From IMG/VR virus record IMGVR_UViG_3300025098_000197, positions 1 to 29,591 of that record: 29,591 nt of DNA; one strand, written 5' to 3'. Below the pieces are notes generated by a model that ran no database searches, was not told the origin of the DNA, and worked only from the letters and a program-made list of their open reading frames with translations. Below, one piece after another: positions 23,651 to 29,591 of this stretch (its first letter is position 1; every line of letters begins with the position of its first letter). The position numbers and the translations under genes are program-made. This DNA is from a virus. Taxonomy: Duplodnaviria > Caudoviricetes.

Positions 23651-25729
23651 ATGGAATTAGTTCTTGATGTAGAGAACACAGTCACACACAGGGGTGGCAA
23701 GATGCACCTCGATCCTTTCGAGGCAAGCAATAAGTTAGTGCAGGTAGGTGTACAAGAAGTTGTATCAGGCAACCAAGCTATATATAACTTTGATCATACT
23801 GAAGCTAACGACTATGATGGTAGCCAAGCTAAAGCACTACAAGATTATTTAGATAGAACAACCCTACTAATCCTACACAATGGGCAACACGATATGCCTT
23901 GGCTATGGGAGAGTGGGTTCAAGTATGATGGTCTTATATATGACACCATGTTAGCTGAGTATGTGCTGATGAGAGGCAATCATATTGAGATGACATACAC
24001 TGGAGCTTTCAAGAAGAAGTCACTGGCGTTAGGTGAGTGTGCGATAAGACGTAAGCTAGACTTTCAGAAGGATGACACACTAAAGAAATACTTTAAGGAT
24101 GGTTACAACACCAACGAGATACCACTCAAGGAACTTACGTATTACTTACAGTGTGATCTATCTACTACTCGTGCTTTGTACTTAGACATTGAGTCAGACT
24201 ATGCTCAACCTGATAGTGAATCATTACGTAACATAAGAGATATAACATTTAAGGTATGCTTGGCATTGTCTCGTATGTATTCATCAGGCATCAAGGTAGA
24301 CTTGAAGGCATTGGATGAAGTTCGTAAGCAGTTCGAAGAAGAGAAGGCAGACATTGAAGGTAGGCTAGGCATCAAGGTACGTAACCTTATGGGTGACACA
24401 CCTATCAATCTTAATAGTCCTGCTCAGATGTCGGAGGTTGTGTATAGTATGCGACCTAACAATAAGAAAGAATGGGTAGACCTATTCGATCACACTAAGA
24501 CAGACAAAGAGTATAAGAGTGCAGTCAAAGCTAACACTACAATGATACGTAAGACGACAGCGTTTACTTGCCCTGAGTGTAAGGGCGAGGGTAGTGTGTA
24601 CCGTATAAAGAAAGATGGTACTAAGTTTGCTAGGCCTAACAAGTGTAAGCCTTGCGAGGCTAGAGGCTACCAACTTAAGAAGACTAATCAGATGGCAGGG
24701 CTAGGGTTCATGCCTCCCTCAAAGAAATGGGTAAGTGCTAATGGCTTTAGTACAGGCAAGGACAACTTGGATACGTTGATGTCTACAGCTAGGGCTAATG
24801 GTATGGACAGTGCGGTTGACTTCTTAGGAGATCTTAAACGTCTATCCGCTATCAGTAGTTACCTGTCTAGCTTTGTTGAAGGTATATCTGTATTCACAAA
24901 AGAGGATGGGTTTCTACACGTAGGTCTAACGCAACACATCACCAGTACAGGCAGGTTCTCAGGGCGTAACCCTAACATGCAGAACATGCCTCGTGGTGGT
25001 ACGTTCCCTGTTAAGAAGGTGTTCGTGTCTCGATGGGAGGGAGGCTACGTGATGGAGGCTGACTTCGCTCAGCTAGAGTTTCGTGTCGCCGCATTCTTAT
25101 CTCAAGATACTACAGCCATGAAAGAGATAGACACAGGCTTTGATGTACATAGCTACACCGCTAAGGTTATCACAGAAGCCGGTCAGCCTACGTCTAGACA
25201 AGATGCTAAGGCACATACCTTCGCCCCTCTCTTCGGGGCTACAGGGTATGGTAGAAGCCCTGCTGAGGCTGAGTACTACACACACTTCATTAAGAAGTAC
25301 AAAGGTATAGCTACATGGCACAAGAAGCTAGGCGATGAGGCCATACGCTTTCAAAAGATTACTAACGTTGGTGGTAGGCAGTATGCTTTCCCTAACACAG
25401 AGAGAAGACCCAATGGTATGCCAACTAACTTCACCATGATAAAGAACTATCCGGTGCAAGGGTTTGCCACTGGCGATTGTGTACCTGTAGTACTACTAGA
25501 GTTAGAGGATAGGCTTATGTCTATGCGATCTAAGGTAGTCAACAGTGTACATGATTCAATGGTGATAGACATACATCCATACGAGAAGGATCAGGTGATA
25601 GAGATCATTAACACCTTGAATATGGATCTGAATGAGATCATCTATAAGTACTATAAGGTTAAGATGAATGTACCCTTATTATTAGAAGCTAAGATAGGCC
25701 CGAATTGGCTTGACACAAAGGACGTTTGA
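23651..25729 (+). CDS. polA: Family A DNA polymerase with DnaJ-like zinc-finger insert
   Basis: Exo I LDVE; TGRFSGRNPNMQN; motif A DFAQLE; motif B RQDAKAHTF; motif C VHDS; CPECKGEG/CKPCEARG insert. Confidence 0.95.
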   Translation: MELVLDVENTVTHRGGKMHLDPFEASNKLVQVGVQEVVSGNQAIYNFDHTEANDYDGSQAKALQDYLDRTTLLILHNGQHDMPWLWESGFKYDGLIYDTMLAEYVLMRGNHIEMTYTGAFKKKSLALGECAIRRKLDFQKDDTLKKYFKDGYNTNEIPLKELTYYLQCDLSTTRALYLDIESDYAQPDSESLRNIRDITFKVCLALSRMYSSGIKVDLKALDEVRKQFEEEKADIEGRLGIKVRNLMGDTPINLNSPAQMSEVVYSMRPNNKKEWVDLFDHTKTDKEYKSAVKANTTMIRKTTAFTCPECKGEGSVYRIKKDGTKFARPNKCKPCEARGYQLKKTNQMAGLGFMPPSKKWVSANGFSTGKDNLDTLMSTARANGMDSAVDFLGDLKRLSAISSYLSSFVEGISVFTKEDGFLHVGLTQHITSTGRFSGRNPNMQNMPRGGTFPVKKVFVSRWEGGYVMEADFAQLEFRVAAFLSQDTTAMKEIDTGFDVHSYTAKVITEAGQPTSRQDAKAHTFAPLFGATGYGRSPAEAEYYTHFIKKYKGIATWHKKLGDEAIRFQKITNVGGRQYAFPNTERRPNGMPTNFTMIKNYPVQGFATGDCVPVVLLELEDRLMSMRSKVVNSVHDSMVIDIHPYEKDQVIEIINTLNMDLNEIIYKYYKVKMNVPLLLEAKIGPNWLDTKDV

Positions 25730-25738
25730 CGCTATAAC
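25710..25738 (+). promoter_or_regulatory. Sigma70-like promoter overlapping the end of polA
   Basis: TTGACA-N17-TATAAC. Confidence 0.7.
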
Positions 25739-25776
25739 TTAGCATCCCAGAAACCCTCATACATAAAGGAAAAGAT

Positions 25777-26640
25777 ATGAGCACAGAGTTACAAACACTA
25801 AACATAGAAGGCATGTCATTATCGGAAGCTATGGGCATGTCTCCCTCAACAGGCGGATCACAATCCACACTGGCACGGATTAAGCAGATACACTCAGCAA
25901 TTACAGTAGAAGATTCGGAAGGTGACGAGAAGATTGTTGTACCTATCGGAGCATATCAAGTAACAATGCCGGATGGTGAGGTTGTTTATAGCAAGACACT
26001 TACAATGAGATTATTCTCTCAACGTATGCAATGGCAACGATGGGATGCAGGTGCAAACACTATGCACAAGACATTACTTTCGGGAAACCTGAATGTAGAC
26101 TTGAAGGACACATCAGGTAGACATAATTGTGGTAGACCATCAGGTTACATCAAAGACTTTAAAGCTTTACCAGAAGAAACGAAGTCAGTAATACGTGATG
26201 TGAAGCGTACAAAAGTTATGCTAGGTATGGTAAAGCTAGACAAACCTATAGATGAATTAGGTAATGTAGTGAAGGGTCACGATGAAGAGATTCCATTCGT
26301 AATGGACTCAAGGAATACTGAGTCAAACAAAGCTATTGACTCCGCCTTATCTCAGATCATGGCTAAGAAACTTACACCTGTAGAGCACACACTTAATCTA
26401 GGTAGTGCTAAGCGTGACATGAATAGTGGTGGCAAGTATGCTGTTATTGTTCCTTCGTTAGGTATAAAAGTTCCTTATCAACCAGAGGATAGTCACACAC
26501 TAAAGTCTTTCCTTGATTGGATTACTAATACTAACACATGGGTAGAAAGTAAGCATGATGAAATAGTTAATTCATCTATGTCTTCTGAAGATGCAGAGTT
26601 AGTAGGATCTATCGTAGAAGTTAAAGAGTTCGAGGGATGA
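25777..26640 (+). CDS. Putative single-stranded DNA-binding/annealing protein
   Basis: 287 aa, position after polA, acidic C-terminus, own promoter; function inferred from synteny. Confidence 0.5.
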   Translation: MSTELQTLNIEGMSLSEAMGMSPSTGGSQSTLARIKQIHSAITVEDSEGDEKIVVPIGAYQVTMPDGEVVYSKTLTMRLFSQRMQWQRWDAGANTMHKTLLSGNLNVDLKDTSGRHNCGRPSGYIKDFKALPEETKSVIRDVKRTKVMLGMVKLDKPIDELGNVVKGHDEEIPFVMDSRNTESNKAIDSALSQIMAKKLTPVEHTLNLGSAKRDMNSGGKYAVIVPSLGIKVPYQPEDSHTLKSFLDWITNTNTWVESKHDEIVNSSMSSEDAELVGSIVEVKEFEG

Positions 26641-27491
26641 TCCACCCTGCTGAGTTATCAGTACACTCTTTCTTACGTTCTGCTATAGAAGGTAAGGCAT
26701 CTATGAGTGATGAAATAATAGAGCAGGTAGCCGCTGATGTGGTTACCTCTTTACATAAACAGTTCAATGGTGGGCCTCGTGATGAGTTTCGTTTACGTAT
26801 GTCTAACATAGGTAAGCCTAGATGTCAGCTATGGTTTGCTAAGAATAATCCAGAGACTGAAGAAAACAAACCAACATCCTTCATGCTTAACATGTTGATG
26901 GGCGATTGGTCAGAGGCTATCTTTAAGGGGATACTACGTGCTTCTAAGGTAGACTTCAAAGACAATGATAACGTAGTCTTAGATCTAGGTGATGTATCTA
27001 TTAAAGGTGAATACGACATGATCCTAGATGACAAGGTAGATGACGTTAAATCTACTACACCTTGGGGGTATGATAATAAGTTTACTGACTATAACACACT
27101 AAAGAATGCTGATGACTTCGGTTACGTAGCTCAGCTTGTAGGCTATGCAAAAGCCGCAGGTAAAGAGGTAGGTGGTTGGTGGGTTATCAACAAAGTCAAT
27201 GGTCAGTTCAAGTACGTACCTGCAGAAGAAGCAGATAGTGAAACAGTATTGGAAACTATAAAAGATACTGTAAACTATATAAACAATGATGAGCCTTTTG
27301 AGAGATGCTTTGAACCAGAGGAAGAAACATATCGTAGGAAACCTAGTGGTAATTTTAAGCTAAACAAAACCTGTAATTGGTGTGATCATAAAAAGAAATG
27401 TTGGCCAGATCTACAAGAAAGAGAATCTCTGGTAAGTCAAGCCGCCATAAAACCTGTCGTTAACTATACATATATAAAGGAAGAAACATAA
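26637..27491 (+). CDS. Cas4-like PD-(D/E)xK exonuclease
   Basis: LRMSNIGKPRC, GEYD..DDVKS, QLVGY, CNWCDHKKKC. Confidence 0.8.
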   Translation: MIHPAELSVHSFLRSAIEGKASMSDEIIEQVAADVVTSLHKQFNGGPRDEFRLRMSNIGKPRCQLWFAKNNPETEENKPTSFMLNMLMGDWSEAIFKGILRASKVDFKDNDNVVLDLGDVSIKGEYDMILDDKVDDVKSTTPWGYDNKFTDYNTLKNADDFGYVAQLVGYAKAAGKEVGGWWVINKVNGQFKYVPAEEADSETVLETIKDTVNYINNDEPFERCFEPEEETYRRKPSGNFKLNKTCNWCDHKKKCWPDLQERESLVSQAAIKPVVNYTYIKEET

Positions 27492-27697
27492 TGACAACTG
27501 TTACTTTAGATGACGTAGAATATACTATCGAAGACTTTACGGATGAGGCAAAGAATGTCCTTAATCTTGTACAACATTTACAAAGGGTCACAGAAGGACA
27601 CCAATTAAATGCACAGTGTACAGATGCCATGCTTAAAGTTAAGATAGCAGAACTTAAACAGTTATTGACAGGTGAGGAAGCACCGTCTGATGACTAA
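27491..27697 (+). CDS. Small coiled-coil hypothetical protein
   Basis: 68 aa, AAGGA SD. Confidence 0.65.
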   Translation: MTTVTLDDVEYTIEDFTDEAKNVLNLVQHLQRVTEGHQLNAQCTDAMLKVKIAELKQLLTGEEAPSDD

Positions 27698-28145
27698 GTT
27701 TGCAAAGGGCTACAGACGTAGGCACAATGCTAGTAAATATAAGTCCGGCCTTGAGGAAGAGGCCGTTCTTTTTCTCAAGAGCAGACAAAAGAAAGTACGT
27801 TACGAGAAACTAAAGATAGAGTGGGAAGACCTACGATATCGTACATACACACCAGACTTTGAGCTAGACAATGGTATCATAATAGAAACCAAAGGAAAGT
27901 TCGATCCTGATGACAGACGCAAACATCTTGAAATAAAAAGACAACACCCTGAGCTAGACATACGCTTTGTATTTAGTAACGCTAAAGCTAAGATAAATAA
28001 AGGTGCTAAGCAAAGAAACTTTGAGTGGTGTGAGAAGAATGGATTCAAATGGGCGCATAGAATTATTCCAGAAGAATGGTTGCAAGAGAAAGGACAATGT
28101 ACTAAGTTAGATCGTATAGTCCTCAAGACAGAAAGAAGAAAGTAA
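27690..28145 (+). CDS. T7 endonuclease I-like Holliday junction resolvase
   Basis: YKSGLEE, YTPDF, IIETKG, HPELDIRFVF, WCEKNGF. Confidence 0.9.
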   Translation: MTKFAKGYRRRHNASKYKSGLEEEAVLFLKSRQKKVRYEKLKIEWEDLRYRTYTPDFELDNGIIIETKGKFDPDDRRKHLEIKRQHPELDIRFVFSNAKAKINKGAKQRNFEWCEKNGFKWAHRIIPEEWLQEKGQCTKLDRIVLKTERRK

Positions 28146-28146
28146 T

Positions 28147-28482
28147 ATGCCCTACACATTAGACGATGACGAGATTGCCGTAATAATAAGACCTGCTTCC
28201 TCTAAAGATATAGAAGACTGGAATGGTAACGTGACTACAGGTATAGTAGTAGGAGATGATTTTGCATTACCTCAACATATACTAAGAGATCTCGTCCATG
28301 TAGCCAGTATGTTTACTTCAGCAATAGATGTTATGAATTATGATGACTATGTTTATGATACAGTTATGGATCACAGACAAAACGTTCTGATGAATGAGAT
28401 TGAGAATCAAGAAATAAAAGACAAGAACACAGGCGAAGTAATAAACTTCAATGAGTTCACTAAGACAAAAGGCAATGCATAA
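28147..28482 (+). CDS. Hypothetical protein
   Basis: 111 aa ORF in a tight operon. Confidence 0.65.
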   Translation: MPYTLDDDEIAVIIRPASSKDIEDWNGNVTTGIVVGDDFALPQHILRDLVHVASMFTSAIDVMNYDDYVYDTVMDHRQNVLMNEIENQEIKDKNTGEVINFNEFTKTKGNA

Positions 28483-28751
28483 TGGCTAAATGGAAAGACT
28501 TCCCTGTAACAAAAGATCAAGAAGTATTTGATCCAGTAGAACGTCCTGCTCACTACAATCAAGGCGGTATAGAGTGTATTGATTATATCAGACAGGTGTT
28601 AGGCTTAGAAGGATTCATTGCTTACTGTAAGGGTAACGTTACTAAGTATAATCATAGAGCCTCATACAAAGGCAACCCTGTTGAGGATACACATAAGGCT
28701 CAGTGGTATATGAATCGTATGGTTGAGGCTATGAAGGAGAAGCATAAATGA
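28482..28751 (+). CDS. DUF3310 (T7 gp1.7-like) protein
   Basis: DPVERPAHY..GGIECID...GNVTKY..R...K....ED..KAQWY. Confidence 0.85.
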   Translation: MAKWKDFPVTKDQEVFDPVERPAHYNQGGIECIDYIRQVLGLEGFIAYCKGNVTKYNHRASYKGNPVEDTHKAQWYMNRMVEAMKEKHK

Positions 28752-28906
28752 GATGCTATCACTGTGAATCTGAGTTGATATGGGGTGGTGATGAAGATCT
28801 TATAGACAAAGAAGAGTGGTCTATGGTTACAAACCTCACCTGTCCTAGATGTCACTCAGATGTCCTAGTATATTTACCTTGCGAGGATAGAGACGATGAC
28901 TCATAG
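28748..28906 (+). CDS. Small zinc-ribbon protein, 52 aa (absent from the ORF track)
   Basis: MRCYHCESELIWGGD...NLTCPRC. Confidence 0.7.
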   Translation: MRCYHCESELIWGGDEDLIDKEEWSMVTNLTCPRCHSDVLVYLPCEDRDDDS

Positions 28907-29069
28907 AACATTTAGTATCACGTTCTCATTAAAGATAGATGAGGATAATAACATATTAGGATCACACGATGATTCGCATACGGAAGACGTTTATGATTTG
29001 ATTGTAAATACTTTCTATGATATAGACGATGTAATGATTAATAATTTAATAGTGAAGGAAAAGTTATGA
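28896..29069 (+). CDS. Acidic hypothetical protein, 57 aa (absent from the ORF track)
   Basis: MTHRTFSITFSLKIDED...; ATGA overlap with mazG. Confidence 0.6.
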   Translation: MTHRTFSITFSLKIDEDNNILGSHDDSHTEDVYDLIVNTFYDIDDVMINNLIVKEKL

Positions 29070-29383
29070 CTATAGGATTTAGGGAGTACCAAAAGAAAGC
29101 GGTAAGTTTTGCAATCTATCCTGCAACACACAAGGTATTATACCCTGCGCTAGGTCTTTGTGGTGAATCAGGAGAAGTAGCTGACAAAGTTAAGAAGCAA
29201 GTACGTGATAATGTTTTTAATAGACATGAAGTAGCTAAAGAACTAGGGGATGTAATGTGGTACGTAGCTGTTCTCGCTAACGATATAGGTTATAACTTAG
29301 ATGAAATAGCAGATATAAATATAGAAAAACTTACAAGCAGACAAGACAGAAACAAAATAAAAGGGTCAGGAGACAACAGATGA
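29066..29383 (+). CDS. mazG: MazG-like nucleotide pyrophosphohydrolase
   Basis: LGLCGESGEVADKVKK, KELGDVMWY, NIEKL..R. Confidence 0.88.
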   Translation: MTIGFREYQKKAVSFAIYPATHKVLYPALGLCGESGEVADKVKKQVRDNVFNRHEVAKELGDVMWYVAVLANDIGYNLDEIADINIEKLTSRQDRNKIKGSGDNR

Positions 29384-29591
29384 GCAACACACTACCAACA
29401 GACTATCAATCATTCATACACAAGTCACGTTACGCTCGTTGGCTTGATGATGAAGGCCGTAGGGAGACATGGAGTGAAACAGTAGATCGCTACATGAAGA
29501 ACTTAGTACGACCAGCATTAGGTGATAACCCTAAACAGATAGCTGAGATTGAACAGGCTATATTAGGACTAGAAGTTATGCCTTCTATGAG
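29380..29591 (+). CDS. nrdJ: Class II (B12-dependent) ribonucleotide reductase, 5' part
   Basis: MSNTLPTDYQSFIHKSRYARWL..EGRRETWSETVDRY...VMPSM; class inferred from this N-terminal pattern. Confidence 0.8.
   Translation, partial: MSNTLPTDYQSFIHKSRYARWLDDEGRRETWSETVDRYMKNLVRPALGDNPKQIAEIEQAILGLEVMPSM

Noticed and set aside
13584-28159. Minus-strand ORFs in the early/replication arm (e.g. 13584, 13940, 15945, 21752, 24205, 27800)
   Set aside because: Antisense to coherent plus-strand operons or spanning regulatory DNA; no supporting features

Overview
About 29.6 kb of a marine podovirus-like genome that resembles HMO-2011-type phages of SAR116/Roseobacter Alphaproteobacteria. The main evidence is a family-A DNA polymerase with a DnaJ-like CxxCxGxG insert, placed downstream of tyrosine integrase, primase and helicase genes. 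Positions 1-12910 are a minus-strand late arm: lysis genes, small basic proteins, a DUF1127 protein, terminase, portal, probable internal virion proteins, scaffold and the start of the major capsid gene. Positions 13791-29591 are a plus-strand early/replication arm: many small ORFs, an HhH-GPD glycosylase-like gene, a Mom-like gene, integrase, primase, helicase, PolA, a putative SSB, a Cas4-like nuclease, endonuclease I, DUF3310, MazG and the start of a class II RNR. Four signals stand out. (1) A ~100-nt minus-strand hairpin RNA at 12940-13037 whose loop shows two anti-Shine-Dalgarno motifs, with a 12-nt perfect match to the primase start region; the same late arm carries a DUF1127 RNA-binding-type gene. 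(2) Five copies of a palindrome, GTCGGA-N3-TCCGAC, at the heads of early gene blocks. (3) Structured leaders on the capsid, scaffold and DUF1127 genes. (4) A recurrent [FY]xxGG peptide motif in several late proteins. All calls come from reading the sequence by eye; no searches were run.
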